64,000 nucleotides of DNA from Raja brachyura (Eukaryota). The stretch spans positions 39,060,001-39,124,000 of the forward strand of contig OY740798.1 in NCBI GenBank assembly GCA_963514005.1, in the 5' to 3' direction. Numbering within the stretch: position 1 is the stretch's first letter; every line of letters starts with the position of its first letter. The notes below the pieces were generated by a model, which worked only from the letters and a program-made list of their open reading frames with translations, was not told where the DNA came from and made no database searches. Made by a program: the position numbers and the translations under genes. Of this stretch, positions 51,558 through 63,925 are shown in pieces.

Positions 51558-52509
51558 CTAAAGAAAAAGAAAAATCCCTTTTAGTGTGTCAGTTATGGAT
51601 TGTACTGAAAGACGCATTTGATTCCATTTACATTCCCCATGTATTTTTGTAATTTCCAATTCCCATACTTTGGAGTCCACCTTTGTTCTTTTACCAACAA
51701 CTCCCATGGTATCAAATGTAAATCAATGCTATGAATCCTAAGTTCACAAGGCATGTTCAGAGCTTGGCGATCATAAGTAAAGCTTATGGACTACTTGATT
51801 AATCCACAGAGATATAGGTAAAAAAAATAATAAAAAGAGCCAGAATATTGTGTATATCCTTAAACTCCACCTTGAAGAAAGGATAAGGTTGGAATACAGC
51901 ACATCCAGTGTAGATTCACCTTGATGCTGGTTAGGCCAGGTAAATACAGACATTTAAGATGTTGTAAGAGAGAATGTTGTTGATATGACGTTAATGCAAA
52001 TTTTTGTAATGAAGTCAGTCAGATAACTAATTTGTTCATTTCTAAAAATCCAGACTGAAATAGTCAGTAATGCAAAGATGATTAAGTTACTCAAAGCCTA
52101 CTCTGTCTATGAATATATTTTTCCATTCAAAGTTAAAATAATTACTTTGATCTTCATTGAGGACTATTGCAAAAACATTCTCTTACATATTTCTTTACAT
52201 TCTGTATATATAGTACCTCTATAATTTTTAAAAATTACAATGAGGGTATCACGGGCTAGGCCAACACATTGCTCATCACAAACTATTCTTGCTCAGGTGC
52301 CAATTAGTTTCTTGAAAAGCTGTGGCTCTTCTGTTGAAGTCATCGGCTGGATAGGGAGTACCAGGATTTAGACCCAGCGATGAAAAAATAAGGTAAACCT
52401 TCATTAAAATGGAGCATGGCGGGGGGGGGGGGGGGGTTTATGATGTCCGTTATTGATGATTGTCCTTTATAACCGAGTAAGGTATTATCATTGTATATAA
52501 GTGAAACAA

Positions 52510-52662
52510 AGAACTGCAGATGATGGTTAAAACACAAAAGAACACAGAATGCTGGAGTAACTCAGCGGGTCAGGCAGCATCTCTGGAGAACATTGATGGG
52601 TGACGTAGGGACCTTTCTTTAGACGGATTCAGTCTGCTCAGCTACTTCAGCACTTTGTGTCG
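52510..52662. mobile_element. Penelope-terminus hairpin element, partly deleted
   Basis: gaactgcagatg...gctggagtaactcagcgggtcaggcagcatctctggag arm plus an inverted remnant ...cttcagcactttgtgtc. Confidence 0.75.
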
Positions 52663-52808
52663 TTTCACTTTACAACTAAGCGCTGATGCCACAGATAGGT
52701 GACGTCTTTTCGTGCCTGATTCGCCCTATCTATTCTTGTCTTCAACTGATTAGCCCTGATTTTTGCACACCTGCAGCCTGATCAGTCCTAGCCTTTTCTC
52801 ACTTCCAG

Positions 52809-52968
52809 NNNNNNNNNNNNNNNNNNNNNNNNNNNNNNNNNNNNNNNNNNNNNNNNNNNNNNNNNNNNNNNNNNNNNNNNNNNNNNNNNNNNNNNNNNNN
52901 NNNNNNNNNNNNNNNNNNNNNNNNNNNNNNNNNNNNNNNNNNNNNNNNNNNNNNNNNNNNNNNNNNNN
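52809..52968. other. Assembly gap (160 N) in the last PHF21A intron
   Basis: Run of n. A degraded PLE terminus follows (~52975-53080). Confidence 1.
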
Positions 52969-53403
52969 TGATGAGATACCATCAGTTCCAGATGAATGAT
53001 CTACACCTTAAACATCAACTGTCCGAATAGCTTCACAGATGCTTCCTTGCCTACTGTGTTCCTCCAGTAGCTCTCCTTTTTTTTTGCTATCCGTTCCAAG
53101 TTGCTGGGGGCATGGAGTAAATAGATTTTTTTCTCATGTACTAAACTGGCACAAGGATTAAAACACTGGAGCTTAAAATGGTTGTGAATGAGATAAATGA
53201 AGATTTCTTCTGTCCTTCTTCATTACTTCCACATCAAGAAAAAAATCTCCATTAAATAATAGATCCCATCATTTTGTTTTCAAAATCTGGTCCCCAAGTA
53301 TAAAGAACATTTATATTTTTGCTACATTTCAGTGAATTTTAGGTTTATGGTTACAAGTTTATGCCGGACAACCTGCTGTTATCTTTGGAGCTTTGTTACT
53401 CAC

Positions 53404-53507
53404 CGTTATGGAATTACTCAGTTGTTTAACTTTATGTTCCAACTGTTCTCGCTCCTGCTTTAGTTCTGCACTCCACTTTAACAACTTTAGTTTTTCTTCT
53501 TCTTTTG
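53404..53507 (-). CDS. PHF21A: PHF21A exon ([35 protein letters not shown])
   Basis: cctcag|CA...ACG|gtgagt, 104 nt. Confidence 0.95.
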
Positions 53508-54422
53508 CTGAGGAAAAGAGAAAATAAAATTTCAGAAACTACAGCACGTCATTCAATTCTCAGATTTCACAATACAAATTGTCGAAGAATACCTCGCTGT
53601 TGAAAAACGGGACAATTGCAGAAGAATGTATTCAATTGAATTGCCACATAATCGTAAAATCTGAAACCATAATGTTGCACTCTTTTCAATCTCATTCGAA
53701 GTTAGTTTGTCCTTTGGCTTTTGAATACTTCTGATAATGCATTAATTTCACCGTGAGAATGAAGGAGAGAAAGAAAATGACAACACCTTCACAAAATATC
53801 TGTTCGGTGACAAACCCAGCTGGGATTTTACAAATATTTTAACTTTAAATGAAAGCTCCCCTTCACAAAAACTTGCCAAAATCAGCATAAAAGTAACTAA
53901 AATCATGCTGGCCATTCTGGGAAGAAGCAATCAACATTCATGCTGCGACAGGCACAAACGTACCATCGAGATGGAAGGATATGTGGGAAGAATCCAATAC
54001 AGGGAATAAATACCTAATCACGGATTCCACAGCAGAGGTCCTGGATTCAACCTCCCAAAAGGACAGGCCTCAACAGAATCTGTCCAAACCAGAGACAATG
54101 CGACCAAATGCTCCACTAGTGCTAGTTGCTGGATTATCCAAAGTATACACAATGGGAGACATGACAACAAACTCTTTAATAAAGTTATGTTGCAAGGCAT
54201 CTTATATTTCCACATGGCATCTCAGGAAGCAGTTAATTAGATTGGCATATTGGCCATCTGAATGCAATGGTTTTCTCATTATATGAAAGCAAAATGGAAC
54301 AAAGAACCCTGGCCAGAAACAAAGCATGGCAATATGTTTTACCACTAATGTCTGCTTATAATTTCTTGCAAAATCAACCATGCTACCTCTCGAGTAGGCA
54401 AAATGATTTACCTAGCAAATGA

Positions 54423-55336
54423 ATAGACAATAGGTGCGGGAGTAGGCCATTTGCCCTTCGAGCTAGCACCGCCATTCAATGTGATCATGGCTGATCATCC
54501 CCAATCAGTACCCCGTTCCTGCCTTCTCCCCATTTCCCCTGACTCCGCTATTTTTAAGAGCCCTTCTCTAGCTCTCTCTTGAAAGAATCCAGAGAACCTG
54601 CCTCCACCACCCTCTGAGGCAGAGAATTCCACAGACTCGCCACTCTCTGTGAGAAAAAGTGTTTCCTCGTCTCCGTTCTAAATGGCTTACTCCTTATTCT
54701 TAAACTGTGGCCCCTGATTCTGGACTCCCGCAACTTCGGGATAATGTTTCCTGCCTTTAGTGTGTCCTTAACAATATTATATGTTGCAATGAGATCTCCT
54801 TTCATCCTTCTAAACTCCAGAGTGTACAAGCCCATCTGCTCCATTCTTTCAGCATATGACAGTCCTGCCATCCCGGGAATTAACCTTGTAAACCTACGCT
54901 GCACTCCCTCAATAGCAAGAATGTCCTTCCTCAAATTAGGGGACCAAAACTGCACACAATACTCCAGGTGTGGTCTCACTAAGGCTCTGTACAACTGCAG
55001 AAGGACCTCTTTGCTCCTATATTCGATTCCTCTTGTTATAAAGGCCAACATGCCATTCGCTTTCTTCACTGCCTGCTCTACCTGCATGCTTACTTTCATA
55101 GACTGATGTACAAGGACCCCCAGATCCCGTTGTACTTCCCCGTTTCCCAACTTGACACCATTTATATAGTAATCTGCCTTCCTGTTTTTGCAACCGAAGT
55201 GGATAACCTCACATTTATCCGCATTAAACTTCATCTGCCATGCATCTGTCCACTCGTCCAACCTGTCCAAGTCACCCTGCATTCTCATAGCATCTTCCTC
55301 AGTTCACACTGCCACCCAGCTTTGTGTCATCTGCAA
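54423..55336 (-). mobile_element. CR1 LINE 3' ~0.9 kb with a long open frame
   Basis: ORF 54554-55288 (244 aa; WQMKFNADKC, VRPHLEYCVQFWSP) plus the 3' UTR and tail. Confidence 0.93.
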
Positions 55337-55548
55337 ATATAACCTTGTGTATACAGTTTACATAAATAGGTATTTCAGATGATACTAAGGTAATGACAGT
55401 TTCACTCAATTTTTAAAAGAACCTTTCTCTCACAATATTCAGTGAATGTTTCATAGGGGAAATAGGATCACTGTAACATAAGATTGACTTGACACATATT
55501 AAAGAAGTGATATGTCATACAAAAAAACTCAAAATGACAAACTCTTAC

Positions 55549-55624
55549 CAGCCTTGTAGGCAATATAAGAATGAACGATTGCTAATGTCCCAGGCCATGG
55601 GATTGCTTCTTCCTTTTTCAGAAT
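55549..55624 (-). CDS. PHF21A: PHF21A exon ([26 protein letters not shown])
   Basis: ttttag|ATT...G|gtaaga, 76 nt. Confidence 0.96.
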
Positions 55625-56486
55625 CTAAAAACAGAACATTTTTAGCAGTGATGGACAGAACATGTTACATGCTGGAAGTCTTTTTCGCAGAGGTATTGAA
55701 GACTGTAAATAATTTGCAATTTACATGAGTGACATGAAAGGTCTTGACTTCAGGCAAAGGCTGCTAAATCCGTAAAGTACTGAGGTAGATTTATCTTTTG
55801 TATTATCTTTCTCTTGGCATTAAAGGGAATACTATTTGCAATATATTGAAAGGGAATTAAATCCACAGCACCATCCAAATCATGTTGAGGTATGAACATA
55901 AAAAATGGATGGCCAATGAAAAGAATAAAATTTCTTATTGTGCAGATATTCTCAGATAAGGTGCAATTTCAGATTTCGACAACTGTCCCTAATCATATTA
56001 TCGCCTATACTATGAAACTAGTTCTTTCACTGCAGACTATTTATACGTGGAACACTCTCCAGAAAGAATTGGCAATTTGATCACAAGTTCTAAATTAGAG
56101 CCAGATTTAGATTACAGTATAACATATCCATTACAGCTGGGTGACAAAAAAAGCAAATGTTCAGCTTTATAGACAAATGAGAAAAATTCTCCTATTTTCA
56201 TTGATATTGTACAAATTATGTAACTTGCTAACTATTTAGGCTCACTGCCAACCAGAGAACTCTACCAGACCACTGTGTGTGGTCTGGTAGAGTTGACTAC
56301 TGATATTTTTTAAGCTAATTGTCCTAAATTATACATCTATGTGTATACCCTGGAGTGATTGAGACATTGAGTAATAAACGAAAATTAAAAAAAGCAAATC
56401 CCACCAAATAGTTACAGAAATAAACCCTAAGACTACCAGTATCATATTAGACAAAATTAAGCCTAAGGCACTGTCCAAGCCCACAC

Positions 56487-56642
56487 CTGCTCCTGACATT
56501 TAGGACAAATCCACATTCCTTTGGGAATGGCTTTTAATGGCGGGTCCAGGCACTCCAGGTGATACACACGAGAACAAGTGTCACACATCAGCAGCTGTCC
56601 ACTACGTCGACACACAGAGCAGAAATCCTCATGGATGTCACC
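56487..56642 (-). CDS. PHF21A: PHF21A PHD-finger exon ([52 protein letters not shown])
   Basis: gatag|GGT...CAG|gtgtgg, 156 nt. C4HC3 PHD finger with the HED and LLMC residues of the H3K4me0-reading BHC80 PHD. Confidence 0.97.
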
Positions 56643-58084
56643 CTATCAAAAAACAAAGTTAAATAATCATACACAATTTAAGGTATAACTCTGGGTTTTA
56701 ATTTTTAACTTTTGCTAAGTTATTATTTAAGTGACTCCCAATGTGGGAGGCACATATCAAAGAAAAAAAGATAGCCTACCACTAGAACATCCATACCACT
56801 GGGAACCCTGCCCGTGAGAACCAAGTTTAGGTGTTCCACTAGAACCTATCTTAACCTAACTTGTGCTATGTCCTAAAATGGAAGGAAAAATTGGGTTGAG
56901 TAGCAAAAATCCTAAACGGCACCGATAAAACCCTGCTTGTGATTTTTTAACCAAGGAGTACAAGTACCACTCTTGGAAATGCCAGAGGGCATTTCCTTAC
57001 TTATTCCTCTTATTTAGAGTTATTGCAGCTAGAAGTACAACTCTGTATAAACTGTTCAAAGAATAAAAGGTAAGTTTGAAGTAAGCTTTTGCAGTTATTG
57101 TACTGATATCTGACATATACAATGCACACTGTATCTTGTTTTTTTTTAAAAGGTGAAAAATTAAATGAATGAATGAAAAATGATTAAATAAATTCAACAA
57201 AGGTAGCTGTGATTAGTTGCACTGTGGACAGGCAATCAATAGAATTCGAGGTTTTCCGCAAATAAGTCAATCAGTTTCTCTTTTTGCTTCATATGCCAAT
57301 TGGAACACGTCTTTAGCACTCTACTGCATTCCTCTGCTAACATTGCTGACAGTATTTTCCAGTCCAAAGAAGGCTGAGGTGGTGCTTTTAGTTTTGAATC
57401 CTAGTCATCTTTGAAATAAAATCTCTCTTCGGCTTCATTGCTTTGAGAGAGAACATACATTTGAAGTAAATAAATACACTCACAGACAAGGTTGTGTTTT
57501 TTGTGATGTTTTCAACGTTGTTTGCCTCATCTTGCAGCTTGCTGACAGGGCCCCTTTGTAAAGTAGCCGTTGTGGCTAAATAGGGCAAACCCTAGTTAAA
57601 GATGGTTTAAAGTAAAGAAAAATAAAATAAATTTGCAATTGTCCATTTATGGCCTTACATGTTAACCCATCTAGTTTCTTCTACATTCTCTGTGTGACGT
57701 TCCAAAAATACAGCGCAGCAGTGGTCATATTCAGAATCTGTAAAAACAGATTCTCATACACAGCTGATATGAATTTTCACACATTGTTGTCAAATTTTCA
57801 TTAAAATTATTCAGTTCTTATTGAGCACACACAAAACTCGGGTTCAGATCCAGTATAGCAACTAAATTTTAATCGACATTTGAAACTGAAAGCTTGACCA
57901 GTTAATCCTAAATGTGTATAATATTTCAATATGGATAACATTGAGAATGGAGATCAGTAATTAATATTCAAATTGTAATATAATAACATTAAAAAGTGCA
58001 ATTCATTCATACCCACAAGCCACATATCTTCAATGATATCATGGTTTAAATCATTGAAAGCTTCCTGTTTTGTTGTACAACTTT

Positions 58085-58280
58085 ATACAATCAGATGACA
58101 CCAAAACTGATGATGGAGTGGACAGTGATGAAGGTTATCTAAGATTACAACAGGATATAGATCAACTAAGAAAGGGGAAAAGAGAATGGCAGATGGAATT
58201 TAACTCAGATATGGAATTAATGCAGGGAAGTGGGATTAGTATAGCCTGATGGTCAGTGGGACTTGTTTCTTAGTGGGACT
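58085..58280 (+). mobile_element. Old, deleted CR1 fragment
   Basis: DDTK...VDSDEGYLRLQQDIDQL...EWQMEFN remnant. Confidence 0.7.
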
Positions 58281-59479
58281 TATGTTGTGCAACTCTAGGT
58301 CTTTAAACAATTTTTTCATTGACAAGAGTCCTACTTCAGACGTTTCTAATTAATATAATTGACTATCTATATTTTGCATCAACAGATTTCTAAGTGATGT
58401 TTTTCACCAATGTAACATCTGCCTGAAGTAAATTACAGCGTGTTGGAATAACATCAGTTCAACTACATTCCCCAAATTGCAATTTCCACACAATGACCAA
58501 ATGATTTTCCCAGTACATACAACTGATGATTAATTCTCTAGGCATTAACCACAGTTCACAAAGCATTGACAAAAGCCAACTTGTTCATGAATGAATTATC
58601 ATGAAATATCAAGTGGCTAATTAATTTGAAAACATTGAAGTTTATGAGCACCTGTAAATCAAAATTCTATGCAGCAGAGTTAGGGGGGGGGGGGGGAAAT
58701 GTCAACTCACCTTGGCAGCGATGTCAATGATGGGATGGGGAAGGAAATATTATTTGACTGTGACCCAGTATATTTAGGTGAGGAGTAGCTATACATAGTA
58801 TAGCTATACTAAACAAGTATATTTACGTGAGGAATAGCTATACATAGTTTGCTCCAATATGCTTTAGCCGTTAAAAGTTACTAATCACTATGAATACATT
58901 AATGCCATCTTTGAACTAAAATTCATACTGTTAAACAACATTGTGGAAATTGGGTGAGGCCATTCAAAACCATATTCAGTCCTCACACCTGAAAGCAAAG
59001 TTTCATTCTCTGTAATGGGCTAGATTTAAAGCAATAGAACTGTTATTTTTGTTATTATAATCTATTTTATAACATAGATTATAAATAGTGAACATGGAGG
59101 AATCATTGGTATTCAGTCATATAATAATAATAATGCATAATAATAAAATATAGTCCATTCTGTTAATAACATGAACACATTCTCCAAAACACCAAAAATC
59201 TAGACAAAACAACCACAGTTGCAATATATGATTCACTTTGCATTGCTTATAATAATCATGTGTTGTAGGGTAGAGCTGTTGGCTTTGTTTAGTAACTGCA
59301 TGCATAGAAGAGAGGTGGAAAATAATGCGGCTGAAGGAAATGGAGGGGTTGGGAAAGCTAAAGTTTTAGTTCAAGTTTTTGTTATTCCAATTTTATACAC
59401 CATCATCCATGATAAAATATTACATAAGTTGTCAAAATTAATATTCTGGCTTAGTAACCCTGTGAAGTTTGTAACTTAC

Positions 59480-59634
59480 ATCTACAGAGCTGGGACTGGA
59501 TGCAGACTGTGTTGGAGCAGCAAAACTGAGCAAATTCTCTGTTTTTTCGAAATCTGGGGAGGCGGGATGACTTGGAGGGGAGGAAGGTGCCATTGCCCCC
59601 AGACCCAACACGTTAGTGTACTTAGGAGGGCGAC
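59480..59634 (-). CDS. PHF21A: PHF21A canonical AT-hook exon (GRPPKYTNVLGLGAMAPSSPPSHPASPDFEKTE...SSVD)
   Basis: gtgtag|GT...GAT|gtaagt, 155 nt, phase 1 to phase 0, GRP AT-hook core. Confidence 0.93.
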
Positions 59635-59678
59635 CTACACGTAAGAAACAAAAACACAAAATATATACAAACACATAC

Positions 59679-59701
59679 CTTCAACCACTGATCCTCATTG
59701 G
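59679..59701 (-). CDS. PHF21A: PHF21A alternative 23-nt microexon (ANEDQWLK)
   Basis: Pyrimidine tract...ggcag|CCAATGAGGATCAGTGGTTGAAG|gtatgt. It has the same phases as the AT-hook exon and resembles the recalled mammalian neuronal microexon peptide ANEEHWPK. Confidence 0.88.
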
Positions 59702-60261
59702 CTGCCATTGAGGAAAGAGAAAGGAGGAGCATAGACAGAGTTAATAAACAATCATAAGTTAAAATGTCAGTGTTAATAAACAATCATGTTAAAAGGTATA
59801 CAAATTAAGTATTTTAAATTTCCAAATACACCACTTAAAATTTGAATTTTAAGCGAGCAATCAAGAGTTGTAGATCAACTATCTGAATGTCCTCAAAATC
59901 AAACCAGGATCTGTTTTAAAGGTCTTTTAGTAAGATTACCCTACCATATGTTGGTACACCATTACATTTGCACTACAGCAGCTGTTACAATCCTAATTTT
60001 ACTACATCTTATTTTTGATAAATTTAAAATAATTTAGTTTAAAAAAAAGTAAAAGCCACCACAAATAGCTTTTTAGAAAAAAACTCCATCAAAAAATTAT
60101 ATTGAGGAAGATTGGCCTTAATAAAACAAGAACACATATATTTGATACCACTCCACAATAGTGAACATGGAAGAATCATCGGTATTCAGTCATTTATAGG
60201 CAAGCTTGAGTTAATTATCCTTTTTCATATGTACCACATTCGTCAATTTTTATTAGAATTT

Positions 60262-60648
60262 GGGGCGACACAGTGGCACAGAGGTAGAGTTGTTGGATGA
60301 TCAGCCATGATCATATTGAATGGCGGTGCAGGCTCGAAGGGCCGAATGGACTACTCCTGCACCTAGTTTCTATCTTTCTATGTTACATAGACCTCGGTTC
60401 AATCCTGACTACGGATGCTGCCTGTACGGAGTTTGTACGTTCTCCCTGTGACCGTGTGGGCTTATTCCAATTGCTCTGGTTTACTCTCACACTCCAAAGG
60501 GATACAGGTTTGTATGCTAATTGGCTTTCGTAAAATTGTAAATTGTCCCTAGTCTGTAGGATAGTGCTAGTGTAAGGGGTGATCACTGGTCGTTTGGACT
60601 AAGTGGGCCGAAGGGTCTGTTTCCACGCTGTATCTCTAAAGTCTTAAG
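60262..60648 (+). mobile_element. HE1/V-SINE-like SINE interrupted by a CR1 3' tail (~60295-60383)
   Basis: Head GGGGCGACACAGTGGCACAGAGGTAGAG, then a CR1 3' UTR, then CGGTTCAATCC, the V-domain and a CR1-like tail. Confidence 0.85.
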
Positions 60649-61267
60649 TCATTGGCTTGTTACCAATATTTGTGAAACTAGATGCTGAATACAAGTGATT
60701 TTCAGAAGAAACTTATAGTTATTAAACTTTAGAGAATTTAAACTTGTCCAAAGTGTTATTCATCATTTTTATCCCAGGAACAAACTTTGAAATGGGATGA
60801 ATGTAATGAATTTGTGCAGAATTACTGCATTAACATGACTTTCATTTTTCAAACAAACTTAATTAGAACAATCACTAATAAATTTCTTCCACATCAACAT
60901 TCATAAATGTTTCCACAGCTCTTATCAACTATGGCTAAAACGTTAATTCTGCTCAAATTTTAGCAGTTCGATAAAAGTATTGTACAACTAAAGGCAATAC
61001 AAAATGTTGTGACTTTTTTGCTGCCATTTTTATGTAATTAATATTATAGATAAAAACAATAGAGCCACATGATAGATAAAATTAAGGTTAAACACTGAAG
61101 ATAGCAATTCAGCTCAATAAGGGTTATCGCTGAAAAAAGATGTTCTAATGTTTCTACTCCTTTATTGTAGGAAATATGCAGATGTGTGAATGTTTTGTAT
61201 TGTTTTGTATAATTTATTATCACTTGTTTGTTTAACGATAATAGAAAAAATCTAAAAAATGCAGATG

Positions 61268-61990
61268 TGTATGAAGGAACTGCAGATTCTGGTTTAATCC
61301 GTAGACACAAAAAGCTGGAGTAACTCAGCGGATCAGATAGCATCTCTGGAGAAAAGGAATAGGTGACGTTTCGGGTCGAGACCCTTCTTCCGACTGAGAG
61401 TTGTGAATTTGTGGAATTCTCTGCCTCAGAAGGCAGTGGAGGCCGATTCACTGAATGCATTCAAGGGAGGGTTAGACAGAGCTCATAGGGCTAGCGGAAT
61501 CAAGGGGCATGGGGCGAAGGCAGGAACGGGGTACTGATTGTGGATGATCAGCCATGATCACACTGAACGGCGGTGCTGGCTCGAAGGGCCGAATGACCTA
61601 TTCCTGCACCTATTGTCCATGTATCTATGAAAGGGAAACGAGAGATATAGATGGTGATGTAGAGATAGAGAACAAATGAATGAAATATTTGCAAAAAAGT
61701 AACAATGATAAATATACCAGGCCATTGTTAGCTGTGTGCTAGGTAAGAACGGGAACAATGAGACTCAATAAACGACTTTGAAGCTGGTACCGCTGGGTGG
61801 GGAAGGGACAGGGAGAGAGAGGGGTGCAGGGGTGACGTGAAGTTAGAGAAATCAATATCAACCACTGGGTTGTAAGTTGCCCAAGCGATATATGAGATGC
61901 TGTTCCTCCAATTTGCCTATGGCCTCACTCTGACAATGGAAGAGACCTAGGACAGAAAGGTCAGTGTGGGAATGAAAAAGGGAACTAAAG
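61268..61990 (-). mobile_element. Penelope-like element 3' part with a nested CR1 tail (61398-61628, +)
   Basis: GIY-YIG C-terminal KLEEQHLIYRLGNLQPSG..IDFSNF at ~61840-61915, a pyrimidine-rich UTR, and a terminus with a mutated hammerhead core (CGGAAGA) at ~61365-61394. Confidence 0.85.
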
Positions 61991-62229
61991 AATTAAAATG
62001 CCAATGTTGGAAATCTGAAAAAACCTAGAAGATACTGCAGAGATTACGTAAGTCAGTCACCAGCTGTGGAAAGAGTGATCATTTCAGGTCAAAGACCTTT
62101 TGCCAGAATTAGGGAAGAGAAATAAAACATGTTGCAAAACAGATGGGGGCTTAATACATTGAATAAAAGGAATATATTTGATTGTGTGAGGTCAGGAGAC
62201 CCCCTGGGGCAAGCTTTTGAGGTCCAATG

Positions 62230-63925
62230 GATACACAAGAAATTGTAGATGCTTGAGAAACTTAGCGGGTCAAGCAGCATCCGTGGATGCGAAGGACAAA
62301 CAAAATTCCAGGCTGTCACCCTTCATCAGTCTAATTGGAGTAAGGGAAAGAAATATGGAAAAGAGAGGTGGGGATGACTTAAAGCCTGGCAAGTGATAGG
62401 TAGATACAGGTGAGGGGGGGAGGGCTGATTGGCATTTGCATGGAATAAGTTACAAAAGGGTATTGATAACAAAAGGAGATGAAGAGTGAAATGTAAAGCC
62501 GGGAGGGGGGAGGGGGGGAGAATGTGTGTGGAAGGTGACATGCGGAGGACAATAAAGGGAAGTATGGAGCATGAGGAAGAGGGGAAAGGAGCAGGATAAA
62601 AGTGGTGGTGGGGAAATATAGGCGCACTGGAGTGGGGGGTGGGGGAAGAGGAAAGAAAAGGGATGTAGGGGGATATTACTTGAAATTAGAGAATTCAATG
62701 TGCATACTGTTGGGTTGTAAGCTACCCAAGCGGAGTATGCGGTGCTGTTCTTCCAGTTTGGGAGTAGCCTCATTCTGGCAATGGAGGAAGTCAAGGAATG
62801 CAAGATTGGTATGGGAATGGAAAGGGAAGTTCAAATGGTTAACAACCGGATGCTACAGCAGTCCTTGGCGAACAGAGTCCAGCGTTTGGCAAACTGCCTA
62901 CTTAGTCTATGCTTGGTTTAGCCAATATAAAGGAGGACCCATCAGGAGCAATGCAATACATGAGGATGGAAGAGGTGCAGGTGAATCTCTTTCTCATCTG
63001 AAAGAACTGCTAAGGTCCCTGGATGGAAGTGAGAGAGATGTGTTACATTTCCTTTGGTTACACGGGAAAGTACCTGGGGAGTGGTCGGTAGGGATTAGCA
63101 AACCAAGGAGTTGCTTAGATAATGGTATCCACCGTAAATGGAAAGGGATGAGGACGGGAAGATGTGACTAGTGCTGGGATCCTGTTGAAGATGGCAGAAA
63201 TGTCAGAAAATGATGGGTGAAAGGAGAGTTGGAGGGAAACTCTCTATTTGTTCCATCTGTGGGAGAAAGAGTTACAGCAGAACTGTTGGATACAGAGGAG
63301 ATGCAGGTGAGGATTCCATCCACAACAGCAAGGAGGAAACTGTTTAATGACGAATGAGGACATATCAGATGTGCTAGATTGAAAAGCCTACTCTTGGGGG
63401 CAGATGTGGCGGAGACAGAGAGATTGAGAGGGATGGTCTCCTTGCAAGAGGCAGGGTGGGAGCAGGTGTAGTAAGGTAACTAAGGGCTAAGTGGCTTTGT
63501 AGTAGGAATCAATCAATAGTCTGTCCCCTGAAATAGAGACAGTCATTGAGAAATGGTGAATGGGGTATCAGAAATAGTCCAAATGAATTTGAGGGCAGGG
63601 TGGAAGTTGGTAGTAAAGTTCATGAAATCACTGATTGTGCACGGGTCCAGAAAGTAGCCCCAATTGTGGAAGTAGCAGAGAAAGATCTGGGGAATTGTGT
63701 CGGGATACATTCGAAATAAGGAGTGTTATACCTAACCAACAAAAAGAGAGGCATACGTGGGGCCAACAACATTGCCCATGGCTACATATTTAACATGATG
63801 AAAGTGATAAGAGTCAAAAAAGAAGTTGTTAAGGGTGATTCCCCCAGGCGGAAGAGACTTAGTTTTAATTGGAGGGTTGAGTTGTTGTTCAAGGAATAAA
63901 CAGAGAGGCCCAAGGCCTTCCTGAT
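62230..63925 (-). mobile_element. Decayed Penelope-like element (RT + GIY-YIG endonuclease)
   Basis: RT motif ITLNNFFFDSYHF...VAMG...GPTYASLFVG (ORF 63732-63953), endonuclease end KLEEQHRILRLGSLQPNSMHIEFSNFK* (~62678-62760), and a terminus with CUGAUGAAG at ~62320-62329. Confidence 0.88.

Noticed and set aside
52700-52808. Possible LTR fragment next to the gap
   Set aside because: It is too short and cut by Ns, with no partner LTR, PBS or TSD visible.
58711-58757. Possible 47-nt poison exon in PHF21A (strong donor AAG|gtgagt on -)
   Set aside because: The acceptor has a poor pyrimidine tract and there is no homology support. Such donors occur by chance, so RNA-seq would be needed.
58768-58848. 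~32-bp imperfect direct duplication (gtatattta.gtgagga.tagctatacatagt)
   Set aside because: Only two copies in an intron, consistent with local slippage. It is not an array or CRISPR.
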